Shown here one piece after another: positions 35,660 through 48,008 of a DNA stretch of 60,307 nucleotides (position 1 is the first letter of the stretch; every line of letters begins with the position of its first letter). Origin of the DNA: Chiloscyllium plagiosum (lineage: Eukaryota); NCBI RefSeq assembly GCF_004010195.1, contig NC_057720.1:10600700-10661006 (forward strand). The letters run 5' to 3'. The notes beneath the pieces were generated by a model. It saw only the letters and a list, made by a program, of their open reading frames with translations. It was not told the DNA's origin and ran no database searches. The position numbers and the translations under genes were made by a program.

Positions 35660-38295
35660 CTGGATGTAAGTTTGCTCACTGAGCTGGAAGGTTCATCTCA
35701 TATGTTTCATCACCATACCAGGTAAAATCATCAGTGAGCCTTTGGTCATAGAGTCATAGAGTCATAGAGATGTACAGCATGAACACAGACCCTTCAGTCC
35801 AACCTGTCCATGCCGACCAGATATCCCAACCCAATCTAGTCCCACCTGCCAGCACCCGGACCATATCCCTCCAAACTCTTCCTATTCATATACCCATCCA
35901 AATGCCTCTTAAATGTTGCAATTGTACCAGCCTCCACCACTTCCTCTGGCAGCTCATTCTATACACGTACCACTCTCTGTGTGGAAAAGTTGCCCCGAAG
36001 GTCTCTTTTATATCTTTCCCCTCTCACCCTAAAACTAGGCCCTCTATTTCTTGACTCCCCGTTCCCAGGGAAAAGACTTTGCCTATTTACCCTATCCATG
36101 CACCACATAATTTTGTAAACCTCTGTAAGGTCACCCCTCAGCCTCCGACGCTCCAGGGAAAACAGCCCCAGCCTGTTCAGCCTCTCCCTGTAGCTCAAAT
36201 CCTCCAACCCTGGCAACATCCTTGTAAATCTTTTCTGAGCCCTTTCAAGTTTCACAATATCTTTCCAATAGGAAGGAGACCAGAATTGCATGCATTATTC
36301 CAACTGTGGCTGAACCAATGTCCTGTACAGCTACAACATGACCTCCCAACTCCTGTACTCAATAATCTGACCAATAAAGGAAAGCATACCAAATGCCTTC
36401 TTCACTATCGTATTTACCTGTGACTCCACTTTCAAGGAGCTTTGAACCTGCACTCCAAGGTCTCTTTGTTCAGCAACACTCCCTAGGGCCTTGCCATTAA
36501 GTGTATAAGTCCTACTAAGATTTGCTTTCCCAAAATGCAGCACCTCACATTTATTTGAATTAAACTCCATCTGCCACTTCTCAGCCCATTAGCCTATCCA
36601 ACACTTCCTCCTCTGTAATATGGACATTTTTCAAGATGTCACCATCTATTTCCCTACAGTCTATATCTTCCATATCCTTTTCCACAGTAAATACTCATGC
36701 AAAATACTCATTTAGTATCTCCCCATTTTCTGTGGTTCCACACAAAGACCGCCTTGCTGATCTTTGATGGGCCCTATTCTCTCCCTAGTTACCCTTTTGT
36801 CCTTAATGTATTTGTAAAATCTCTGTGGATTCTCCTTAATTCTATTCGCCAAAGCTATCTCATGTCCCCTTTTTCCCTCCTGATTTCCCTCTTAAGTATA
36901 CTCCTACTTCCTTTTTATTCTTCTAAGGATTCACTCGATCTATCCTGTCTATTCCTTACATATGTTTCCTTCTTTTTCTTAACCTAGTGAAGCACTGGTG
37001 TTATGGGGCACTTTCTCTTCATGTGTTTAGGTTTCCTTGCACTGGTGATGGCATTTCCTGTGTTGCTGATGTCATTCCTGTTCTTTTTCTCACAGGGTGA
37101 TAGATGGGATCGAAATTGATGTGTTTGTTGATAGAGTTCACATTGAAATGCCATGTTTCTAGGAATTTGTGTGCATGTCTCTGTTTGGTTTGTCCTAAGA
37201 TAGATGTGTTCTCCCAGTCAAAGTGGTGTCCTTCCTCAGCTGTATGTAGGGATACTCGTGATAGTGGGTCATGCCTTTTTGAGGCTAGTTGATGTTCATG
37301 TATCCTGGTGGCTAGTTTTCTGCCTGTTTGTCCAATGTCATATTTGTTACTGTTCTTGCATGGTATTTTGTAAATAACATTTGTTTTGCTTGTTGCCTGC
37401 ATAGGGTCATTAGCTACTGTTGTAGTGTGTTGGTGGGTTTGTGGCCAAGAGGTCTGAGTAATCTGGCAGTCATTTCTGAGATGTCTTTGATGTAGGGGAG
37501 GGTGACTAGGGTTTCTGGGCATGTTTTGTCTGCTTGTTTGGGTTTGTTGCTGAGAAATCGATGGACTATTTTCATTGGGTACCTATTCTTTTTGAATATG
37601 CAGTATAGGTGGTTTTCTTCTGCGCTTTGTAGTTCCTCAATGCTGTAGTGTATGTTGGTTCATAATAATAATGTTCTAATGCGGCTTTATTTGTGGGTGT
37701 TGGGATGATTGCTTCTGTAGTTCAGTATTTGGTCCGTATGTGTTATTTTCCTGTAGACGCTGGTTTGAAGTTCCCCATTGACTGTTCGCTCTACTGTGAC
37801 ATTTAGGAATGGCAGTTTGTTGTTGTTTTCCTCCTTTTTTGTGAATTTTATGCCTGTAAAGATATTATTGGTGACCTTGAAGGTTTCCTCTAATTTGTTT
37901 CATTTAGTGATGACAAAGGTGTCATCCATGTAGCTGGTTTGAGTTGAATGGTTAGAAGAGCTGTTTGTTCTAGTCGAAGAAGACCATTATTTCATCCTCT
38001 TCTACCGTAGTGTCTTTGATTGTGTTCAGGAATTCTTGGGTGGAGTGAATGGAGTGGCATGCATCTTCTATTAAGTGTTTTAGTCATTGGTGCAATTCTT
38101 TGGTTAATCTGTACGTTGATGTTCCAGGTAGTGAGACAATGAGTCTGAGGGGGGCTCCTGGTCTGTGAATTTTGTGTAATCTTTAGAGGCGTAGTGTGTT
38201 AGATCCATCTGGTTTCATTTTTTGCAAGTCTGTCTTGTTTAATTCTCCAGATTGCTATGATTCAGTTATCGAGTTGTGGGATCGGGTCTATCACC
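35660..38295 (-). mobile_element. Poseidon-type PLE (RT + GIY-YIG without Cys linker), 3' end split by a CR1
   Basis: TNVIYKIPCKNSNKYDIGQTGRKLATRIHEH...GHHFDWENTSILG; RT YMDDTF at ~37917-37933; hammerhead ctca-CTGATGA-TTTTACCTGGTATGGTGAT-GAAAC-ATA-tgag at 35697-35738. Confidence 0.85.
35746..36985 (-). mobile_element. CR1 (HER1-like) 3' part with (CATAGAGT)n tail and internal deletion
   Basis: MEFNSNKCEVLHFGKANLSRTY, QFWSPSYWKDIVKLERAQKRFT. Confidence 0.92.
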
Positions 38296-38299
38296 AAAA

Positions 38300-40320
38300 T
38301 TCACTGACAGATACCAGTCTTCAGCCAATTCATTCCAGGTGAGAGCAAGAAATGGTTGGGTACTGCAAAGGCTATGGGGCCTGACAATATTCTGGCAATT
38401 GTACTGAAGACTTGTGCTCCAGAACTTACCGCTTCCCTACCAAGCTTTTCCAGTACAGTTACAACACTAGTATCTACCCAACAATGTGGAAAATATCCTA
38501 AGTAAGTCCTGTACATAAAAAGCAGAATCAATCCAACTCAATTGCATTTGAACATGGACTGCTTCAGTATCTGAGGAGTCGCGAATGGTACTGATCATTG
38601 TGCAATTATTGGCGAACATTCCCACTTCTGACCTTATGGCAGAGGGAGGGTCATTGACAAAGCAGCTGAAGATTATTGGGCTAAAGACACTACCCTGAGG
38701 AAGTTCTGCAGAAATGTCCTGGAGCTGAGATGAATGACTTCCACAAACAGACATACAGATGTTCCATGCCTTCTGGATATGGATGTAGCCAAAGAACAGT
38801 CTATTGAAAAAATCCTCTTTCCACTCCCTGTCAATAATCTGGCTGCGGCATTCTCCACATGAATGTATGGCCAATTATCGCCTATGAGTCTACTGCCAGT
38901 AAAGTGATGGAAGGTGTCATCAAGAGCACTATCAAGCAGCACTTACGCAGCAATAATGTGCTCAATGACGCCCAGTTTGGGTTCTGCCAAGGCCACTCAG
39001 CTCCTGACCTCATTACAACCTTGGTCCAAGTATGGAAAAAAGAGCAGAATTCCTGAGGTGAAGTGAGAGTGTCAGCTTTTGACATCAAGGCTGCATACAA
39101 CTGACTGTGACATCAAGGAGCCCTGACAAAATTGGAATCAATGGGGATCGGGGGCAAATTCTGTGGTGGTTGGTGTCATACCTGGCATATGGGATGATGA
39201 TTGTGGTTGTTGGAGGTCAACTAGGAGAAACTGAGGACTACAAATGCTGGAGATCAGAGTCGAAGAGTGTGGTGCTGGAAAAGCACAGCCGGTCAGGTAG
39301 CTTCCGAGGAGCAGGAAAGTTGACATTTTGAGCATAAGCCCTTCGTCAGGAGGGAGGAGGTCAGTCATCTCAACTCCAGGACATCTCTGCAGAACTCAGC
39401 CCAACAATCTTCAGCTGCTTCCTCAATGATCTTCCCTCTATCATAAGGTCAGAAGTGGGGATGTTCGCCAATAATTGCACAATATTCAGTACCATTCACA
39501 ACTCCTCAGATGTTAAAGTAGTCCATTTCAAATGCAACTTGATCTGGATAATATCCAGGCTTGAGCTGACAGCTGGCAAGTAAGATGCATGCCACACAAA
39601 TGCCAGACTAACCATCAAGCCTTGGCATTCAATCGTTTTGCCATCACTGAATCCTCCAATATCAACATCTTGGAGGTTATCATTGACTAGAAACTCAGCT
39701 GGACTCACCACAGAAACACAGTGGTGACAGGAGCAAGTCAGAAGCTCGGGATACTGTGGCGAATAACTCACCTCCCGATTCCTCAAAACCCAGTTCACCA
39801 TCTACAAGGCACAAATCAGGAGTGTAATGGAATACTCCCCAATTTCCTGGATGAGAGCAGCCCAACAACCCTCAAGAAGCCTGACTCCATCCAGGACAAA
39901 GCAGCCTGCTTGATTGGCACCACATCCACAAACACCCACTCCCTCTACCACCGAAGCTCAGTAGCAACAGTGTGTACTATCTACAAGATGCACTGCAGAA
40001 GTTCACCAAAGATCTTCAGACAGCACCTTCCAAACCCATGACCACTTCCATCCACAAGCAGCACCTGCATATGGGAACATCACCTGCATCAAGTTCCTCA
40101 GCAAGACACTTACCATCCTGACTTGGAAATCTATTGATGTTCCTTCACTATCACTGGTCAACATCCTGAAATACCCACCCTAATGGCATTGTGGGTCAAT
40201 CCACAGCAGGTGGACTGCAGTGGTTCAAGAGGGAAGCTCACCACCACCTTCTCAAGGACAACTAGTGACGTGCAATAAAATGCTGGACCAGCCAGCGTCA
40301 CCCACATCCTACAAAAATAA
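38300..40320 (+). mobile_element. CR1/L2-group LINE (RT to 3' end) with internal inversion, captured flank and PLE module insert
   Basis: AMGPDNILAIVLKTCAPEL, DAQFGFCQGHSAPDLIT, QDKAACLIGTTSTNTHSLYHRSSVATVCTIYKMHC. Confidence 0.88.
39220..39355 (-). mobile_element. Stand-alone PLE hammerhead module with 8-bp TSD
   Basis: GGAGGTCA at 39212-39219 and 39356-39363; module starts a few nt before CCTGACGAAGGGCTTATGCTC and ends at the full tail. Confidence 0.8.
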
Positions 40321-41248
40321 TGAATAAAGAGAAATAAATAAAATTAGCCATCTTTACTGGAGCAGGGGTAGTACATTCATGTGGAGAATAATGTCTAGTG
40401 ATCCAGACCTCCACACAGAGACGTACAGATGCGCCTTGCCTTCAGGATATGGATGTAGCCAAAAAACAGTCTAATGAAAAAATCCTCTTCCCCCTCCCTG
40501 TCAATAATCTGGCTGCTTTTTCTGTTTGTTTTTCTTATATTTCTGAATTACTGTCTCACACACTCCATCTTTAGTGTTTTCTCACAAAAAAATACTTTTG
40601 ATTCCAAAGCTTTGTTCAACAGTGCTCCTATGACCCCAAATTTCAGATGGCACCTGTCTCCAGTCCAAAAGGGTGACTGTTTCCCCCGGGGACCATTTGG
40701 GGACTTGGTGGGAAAATCATGGCTTCTGTTGTCCACCCTGAAAGTGAAAGTGCTGACTCCTAATTCATTTAAATGGTTTCAGACAAATCTAGCACATTTT
40801 CGTGCACAAACTTGTCGCTGACTTCAGGGTGTGTCCGTTAACAACTTTAAATTCTGTTAACAATAAATCATATATCAGCAAAGTCAGCAATTAATATTGG
40901 GTTACCCAGATGGAACTTGTTTGAAAGAAAAGATGTCTTTGTTCGGATAACTCAGATGTTATCTTGATCTGACTGTTCATTTTCTTGCAGTAATTATCGT
41001 GTGTTTACTTTTTACCCTGAGCAGATACAGAATCATAGAATCTTTCCCGTGCGGAAGCAGGCTATTCATCCCATCAAGTTTACACTGATCCTCTGAAGAA
41101 CAGGGTCAAGGGAATTGAGGTATTTGATAGCCATGATTGAATTAAATGGGAGAGCAGGCTTGATGAGCTGAATGACCTACTCCTGTTTACCTGAAATTGT
41201 TATTGGATACAACTTTCAAAAGGTTAAGTAAAACCGATTAAAGTAAAG

Positions 41249-41959
41249 CGTTATGAAGATGTGGGTGAACTATACCTTTTAAGAGAGTAAAAGCTAGTAA
41301 TGACAGCACCAAGTGTTCTCAATAAGATGCAATGTAACATATGCTCTAGCTACTGGGGTAGCCAGTTGCTTTGTAATGACAAAACAGATTCGAATTAGGC
41401 CAATCAGTTTAAATTATACCCCGAGAAATACCAAATTCCAATTCAGTTTGAATAGAGTATATTGACAATTTTAAAAGCCAATGACACAATCCAATGCTTT
41501 GGTGTCTAAGACCGGGAAAAATTGAACAGTTGGGAGGAGAATTGCTACCAGACCAACAGCTGTAGACTGCTAGTCAGAACACTCTGAGAGGTACCTGTCG
41601 AGAGAAGAAGTTTGCACAAACAAAAACCTCAACACTGACCTGGAGAGCCAACCTACCAATGAAGATAAAGAGAAGATTCAACTGCTGGCTGGTTTACAAA
41701 TTAGAATTTTTCTGTAAATCTTAATTGGGAGTTTTATTGAACCAGTATTATAGAAGGCAAAGTAAAAGATAGGTTACAGGAAGGAGTTATAAATAAGTGC
41801 TAGTTAATTATTCTCTGTTATACTCTAAGAAATAAAGTTGTTAATTTTTACTTTACGTAGTTCTTGGCCACTCAATTTTTACAGATTACTGCATGGGATA
41901 AATCTTTTCTGTGCTGCTGGTTTTAAATTAAGCAGGATGGTTTACCCCGTGTCGTAACA
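41249..41959 (+). mobile_element. Solo LTR (Gypsy-like)
   Basis: Terminal inverted repeats CGTTATGA...TCGTAACA, 4-bp TSD AAAG (41245-41248, 41960-41963), AATAAA at 41831. Confidence 0.75.
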
Positions 41960-41974
41960 AAAGACAAAGAGACT

Positions 41975-42447
41975 CAAAGTTTGTGAGAAGATTTGTAGCT
42001 CGGGTGCTCGTTGTTGTGGTTCTGTTCGCCGAGCTGGGAATTCGTGTTGCAGACATTTCGTCCCCTGTCTAGGTGACATCCTCAGTGCTTGGGACCCTCC
42101 TGTGAAGCGCTTCTGTGATCTTTCCTCCGGCATTTATAGTGGCCTGTCCCTGCTGCTTCCGTTTGTCAGTTCCAGCTGTCCACTGCAGTGGTCGGTATAT
42201 TGGGTCTAGGTCGATGTGCTTATTGATTGAATCTGTGGACCAATTGAATCAGCGACCTGGACCCAATGTACCGACCACTGCAGTGGACAGCTGGAACTGA
42301 CAACCGGAAGCAGCAGATTCAGACCACTACAAATGCCGGAGGAAAGATCACAGAAGCGCTTCACAGGAGGCTCCCAAGCACTGATGTCACCTAGACAGGG
42401 GACGAAATGTCTGCAACACAAATTCCCAGCTCGGCAAACAGAACCAC
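41975..42447. mobile_element. 473-nt fold-back Poseidon-type PLE terminal insertion with 15-bp TSD
   Basis: AAAGACAAAGAGACT at 41960-41974 and 42448-42462; ~200-nt inverted arms (42016-42213 vs 42253-42447). Confidence 0.9.
42049..42088 (-). ncRNA. Minimal type-I hammerhead ribozyme motif (PLE family B)
   Basis: gca-CUGAGGA-UGUCACCUAGACAGGGGAC-GAAAU-GUC-ugc: stem I GCA/UGC, stem II GUC..GAC, GUC triplet. The copy in the opposite arm has lost GGA from the core. Confidence 0.75.
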
Positions 42448-43052
42448 AAAGACAAAGAGACTGATATGTTTAGCCTATCTTCTTGTAAAGAAATGTAATG
42501 AATGGGTTCAGAATTGAAAGAGTTAAATAAAACAACCTTCCAATTTTGTATTTTTCTGTTTTATTTTATTGCCATCTTTGTTTATCTTTGTGACCCTGCA
42601 TAGGTTCCACCACACTGCCATTCCAGTTTCCACCTGTCCCAACATCACTGGCAAATACTTGCTACTAGTCAGTCATGGACCTGCCCAGGTGTAAGCAGAG
42701 CATGAAGTAAAGATTTTACAACATTTAGAACATGTAGCAAAAGATTCAGAAATTGTAAATTTGACCCTCCAACAATCAAGTTGGAAAACATGGAGTTACT
42801 TCAGAGGTTGGACAGCATTATCTTTTATCTTCCAGAAAACTATCAAACTGACTCACAGAATTATAAACTAAATTGCGGGAATAGGTCAGGAAACTGTCTT
42901 TGGTGTTCACAATGTTAATGTGGGGACTATATTACTTAGAAAATAACACATCTGCAGCTCAATCTAGAGTGATTTACTCAGGCGAGTGATGAGTAATGAG
43001 ATAAAGTTCATGAAATAACACCATGTTCCTGATTGAACTCAATTTTTGTATT

Positions 43053-43220
43053 TAGATTAGATTAGATTAGATTAGATTACTTACAGTGTGGAAACAGGCC
43101 CTTCGGCCCAACAAGTCCACACCGACCCGCCGAAGCGTATACCACCCAGACCCATACTCCTACATTTACCCCTTCACCTAACACTGCGGGCAATTTAGCA
43201 TGGCTAATTCACCTAACCTT
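43053..43220 (-). mobile_element. HE1 SINE 3' part with (GATTA)n tail
   Basis: GGAAACAGGCCCTTCGGCCCAACAAGTCCACACCGACCC. Confidence 0.85.
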
Positions 43221-43530
43221 AGATTTACCTATTGTAATGATGCCAAAACTGGATGTGTCACAAAGAATCTGTATTGAATATCTCAATGAATGTGGTAACA
43301 AAAACCAATTTATTATTTCCAAGACTAGAGGACTGCATTGAGCAAATTGGACATGCATAATTTGACTCAAAAATAACCTACTTGCTAAAGGGATATTGGT
43401 AAATTCTGTTGACTGATGGAACCAAAGAAAAAGTGGACGGACTGTATCAAAATAAAGTCACATGATTGGAATGAGATATGCACTGGCTGCATGCATATTA
43501 ATCAAGAAGGGCATGAAAGGATGATGTAAC

Positions 43531-43703
43531 TGTGTTGCTTATATCAACGCTTTGGTTGTTTTTAATGCAGGCTGGGAGGAATATTTACACTCCTTGACCG
43601 AACAGATGGGTCGGTCACAAAATGCCAATTTGGTTCAGATAGAATTTTGCCAAAGCAGAAGTGACTTATTTAGGCCACACTATGGAGTAAGTCCAAGGAG
43701 CAC
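43531..43703 (-). pseudogene. Possible degenerate CLCA exon 5 (Cys-rich)
   Basis: Acceptor ctgtatag|G TGC TCC gives the phase-2 R|CS start expected after exon 4. With frameshifts it reads CSLD...CFGKILSEPNWHF...THLFG/KECKY...TTKALI*ATQ vs CLCA1 CSAG...CQGGSCYTKRCTF...TGLYEKGCEF...TEKASIMFAQ. Order and size fit, but similarity is weak and there is no clear donor. Confidence 0.35.
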
Positions 43704-45180
43704 CTATACAGCTGGAAATACAGGCTATTCTGGATTTTTCTGAGCCGAGGACAAAACCTAAAATTTTATGCTATGTTGGCATGAGTGGAGTTTATCACAA
43801 GTGTGTTCCGAATTTCAGTGCCTAAGTTCCAAATTTATTGAAGAAAGGTAGAAAATCTGAATGATGCTAGAGTTTCAGAGTGCTTTTGGAAACGTGAAAG
43901 CACTGCTGCCAAGCACAGCAGGTTAAGCCACACACAATTACGAGGGGCCTTTCAAACTGCATTGTGGGGACTGTTTTACTGCAAGGGACAGAGGTGGGGA
44001 TTGAACAGCCTGTCAGGTACTTTACAATACAACTGATTGCATATCAGCAAGAGAATTCTACAGTGGAGAATGCGACATTAGGTCTTGAGATGTCCACAAA
44101 ACTTTGAACCAAACATCACCAACACTGTGGAAGAAACTGTTTATAGGCCGCAACATTTTTGTAGGAAATATTTTTTAAAAAAAGTTTGGAATTATTTTGA
44201 CAGAATTTAATTCTCAACTCATGTAGTTTGAAAATTGCTCTTGTGTATGGAAAAGAGAAATTTTTGAGGTCAAAACTTTACCAAGAGCATATTTGAAGGA
44301 CACTGAGTAACATAGTATCTATGAACTTTTGTGAAATATGGTTGCTATGTGCCTCATTGTGTGTTTAATGTCAATATGTACCTAACTGTTAATGTGACCT
44401 AACAATAGTATTAAGTTAACCTTTGATTTGTCTGTTTCTACGTATTAGCCTCAATAATATCATGTGCAGCAACTTCCATACTCCAATCAGATTCTGTTTT
44501 GGATTTATATTTGGGGTTAGGCTTCCTTTTATTCTTGTATCCTAGTTTTGAACACTCTTAGGAGTGGAAACATTCCAAATGTACCTTACAGAACATTTAA
44601 AGTCCTCTGCACAAGTCATCCCTCCAACAGCTGCTTTTCTAGTTTGAAAACTTTGAATGGCAATTGATAGATACACCAAATAAAGAACTTTATGAGAATT
44701 AGTTAAATAAACTAAGAATGTGATGACTAAGGTGTCACTGTGACTCTTCTCAGTGCTCAGTTTTAATTGGACTGTGGTTTTTCAGCTCTAATCCTTTCCA
44801 ATCATGATTTGACAGAAACAGCCCCCATTAATTAGGTGTAACCTGTCTTGCAATGAAAATATATTCTTTTGCTGATGTTAGGAACAAGACAAAATTCAAC
44901 ACAGTGTCTTCTTGGATGTTGCCAACAAGCCTATCATTGATTGCTGATCCCAAATTGTCCATGAAGGTGGGATGAGTTGCCTTCTTGATCTGCTGCATTC
45001 TCTGTGCTGAAGGTACAACCACAGTGCCGTAAGGGAGGGAGTTCTAGGTTCTCGGCCCAGCCCCAGTGAAGTTGCTGTATAGGTTCCAAGTCTGAAACAG
45101 AGGACTGGTTGTGTACCTGTGCATTTTGTCTTTCTAGAGGTAGAGGCCTTGAGGTTGGAAGGTGCTTTTGAAGAAACCAA

Positions 45181-45474
45181 GGGTAGCATGGTAACACAGT
45201 GGTTAGCACTGCTGCCTCACAGCACCAGAGACCTGGGTTCAATTCCCGTCTCAGGCACATTCTCCCCGTGTCTGCGTGGGTTTCCTCCGGGTGCTCAGGT
45301 TTCCTCCCACAATACAAAAATGTGCAGGTTAGGTGAAGAGGCCATGCTAAATTGCCTGTAATGTTAGGTGAAGGGGTAAATGTAGGGGAATGAGTCTGGG
45401 TGGGCGGCGGGTCGGTATGGACTTGTTGGGCCATAGAGCCTGTTTCCACACTGTAAGTAATCCAATCTAATCTA
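45181..45474 (+). mobile_element. HE1-type V-SINE
   Basis: A-box GGTAACACAGTGGTTAGCAC, B-box GGGTTCAATTCCC, tail (ATCTA)n. Confidence 0.88.
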
Positions 45475-45489
45475 AAACGTAATTGACAG

Positions 45490-46035
45490 GCAGGGGGGCT
45501 GGAAGAACACAGCAAGCCAGGCAGCATCAGGAGGTGGAGAAGTCAACGTTTGGGTGTAACTTTTCTTCAGGATGAGGGGTGGGTTTAGAGGGAGCTGCAG
45601 ATAAAGGGGGTGGCAAGACAGGGTGGTGAAGTGGGGATAGGTGAAGACAATTAGAAGGTACATCCTGGTTGGTCAATAGAAGGAATGAATCTGGTTGGTG
45701 GCAGGGAACAGTGGTAGGGTAGGGAAGGGAAGGGAAGGGAAGGGAAGGGAAGGGAAGGGGAGGGTCTGAGAAAGGAGTCAGAGGATAGGGCAGGAGGTTA
45801 TTTGAAATTGGAGAACTGAATGTTGAGCTCTACAATGTAGGCTGCCCAGGCGGAAGATGAGGTGTTGTTCCTCCAATTTGTGATGTGATTCACTGCGGTA
45901 ATGGAGGAGGCCAAGGATGGTCATGTTGGTAAGAGAGTGGTTGGGGGGTTGAAATGGGCAGTGACTGGAAGGTCCAGCCGGTCCCTGTGAATCCGGCTGC
46001 AATGCTCAGTGAACCGTTCCGCAAGTTTAAGTTTG
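45490..46035 (-). mobile_element. PLE 3' fragment (GIY-YIG end, terminal module) containing a (GGGAA)n microsatellite at ~45722-45760
   Basis: HSLTNMTILGLLHYRSESHHKLEEQHLIFRLGSL; degenerate hammerhead CTGAAGAAAAGTTACACCCAAACGTT. Confidence 0.8.
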
Positions 46036-47666
46036 ATGAAGAAATCTTGGCACGGGATGCTGCAATGCATCTTGGATATGGTACAGGCTGCAGGCTTGAG
46101 AATACCCTCCTTCTGTACAATTCAATTCTAAGTCCCAGATGGACTGTGGGCCTGACTGAGTGTGTGAGAAGCTCTCTGAGTGCAATTTTGCTTGGAACGT
46201 TTATTTGAAGAAACCTGTAACAATGTGAATGTTAACTTTACATGAAATGATGCAGTTTTAACCCCCACAGTTTAAAATTATTTCAGCAGGAACTTGTGGA
46301 CAGTTCAAGTAACCTGAGGGACCAACTCTGACAGCAGTGCATGTGCCCCCATTGGAAGCACTTATATTGTCTGTTTAAATGAGGTGTGTGTAGCTGTCAG
46401 TTAACTTACACCAAAGGTCATTAGTTACCATAAAAGGTCAGGGGAGGACATTTCACTGGATGAAAGGAAGTTAATAATTACTAGTGCTGATGGCAAGAAC
46501 ATCAGCAGAAATAGAGGGAATCATCTGTCCAGCTCAATGTAATGAGGTTGGTCTGTGAAACAAAATGTTAGATGCAGCAGAGCTGTCACCTAATGATGAT
46601 AAAAATGGATTAAGAGGAGCGCTTTAAACATTCTGGATGCAGATCTCCAGAGAATCCTCCACAAAATAAATAAACTTTGAACAACATGTTCTGACCAGCC
46701 ACTGGTGACTTTGCAGGCCAGCCAAGTTCTTTTCAGAAAGGTGTTCGAACAGCCTTCCCTCACACCCCTGATCTGTCAGAGGCTGAGCTGGATGCTTTGG
46801 AGCTGATGGGAATTGGCTCATGTTCCATGACAGGGAAAGGAGTGAGCTGTTCGGCAAGCTTCTGGGAACAGCTTAATGTCATTTCTATTGTTAGGTTTTA
46901 ACATAGCATGCAATTAATAACAAATATAAATGACAAATAATACAGTTAAATAATTAATTACTAGGCAAACATTGGATATGGGATCAATAATCCTATACAC
47001 ACACACAAACACACATATATACACACATATATAATATAGGCATGCATAAATATCATGAAAAATAACACCACTGAAAAGGGCCTTCCAGTCCCAAAGATAT
47101 CCTGAGATCCTTATTCTTCTTTTCCCACCATAGAGTTAAGTTTACATCCAACTTTTCAGTTGTTTGGAGATCCCATGTAAACTTGCACTTTTCTGATCAG
47201 CCTGTCATGTGAGATTTTGTTAAAAGCCTGGCACAATCCCATGAAGACAACGGCAAGTGCATTAATCAGATAACCCCTCCACATTACTTGTTCAACAAAT
47301 GAACCAAGTTAGTCAGACTCAGCTTTCCCTGAACAAATCCCTCCTGACTCTCCTTGATTAATTTGTGACTTTTTAAATGATAATTTATGCTGCTGCTTGG
47401 AATCTTTTTTGATAATTTTCTCACCAATAAGATTAGAAATGTTTATTTCAAAAAGCTAAGAATGAAATTCCTTTCGACAGGTTTGTCATGGGTCATAGTC
47501 TAAAAATTAGGGCTAGACCATTCAACAAAGATGTCAGGAAGCATTTCTTCACAAAATAGGTGCTACAAATTTGGAACCCTCTTCTGCAAACAACACTGGA
47601 TGCTGAATCAGTTGATAATTTAAAATCTGAGCTTGTTAATTTTTTTGTTAAGCATAGGTCTCAAAA

Positions 47667-47953
47667 GATTAGATTAGATTACTTACAGTATGGAAACAGG
47701 CCCTTCGGCCCAACAAGTCCACACCGACCCGCCGAAGCACACCCACCCATACCCATTCCCCTGCATTTACCACTATGGGCAATTTAGCGTGGCCAATTCA
47801 CCTAACCTGCAAATTTTGGACTGTGGGAGGAAACCCACACAGACAAGGGGAGAATGTGCAAACTCCACACAGTCAGTCACCTGAGGCGGGAACTGAACCG
47901 GGTCTCTGGCGCTGTGAGGCAGCAGTGCTAACCACTGTGCCACCGTGCCGCCC
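47667..47953 (-). mobile_element. Young HE1-type V-SINE
   Basis: Reverse of GGGCGGCACGGTGGCACAGTGGTTAGCACTGCTGCCTCACAGCGCCAGAGACCCGG...; (GATTA)n tail. Confidence 0.92.
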
Positions 47954-48008
47954 AGGGCCAAAGGCAGGTATATGGAGGTAGCCAATAGATCAGCCATTAA
48001 CTCGTAAA

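Noticed and set aside
40400..40515. Minus-strand QIID...TSLCGGL resembling CLCA exon 7 motifs
   Set aside because: Spacing is about 20 codons too short and the intervening residues do not match.
44560..44640. Minus-strand AAVGGMTCA resembling CLCA exon 7 end (AASGGTSIC)
   Set aside because: Upstream sequence does not match exon 7 and the order conflicts with the exon 5 candidate.
47880..47953. tRNA-like A/B boxes (also in other HE1 copies)
   Set aside because: These are SINE heads continuing into the V-domain, not tRNA genes.
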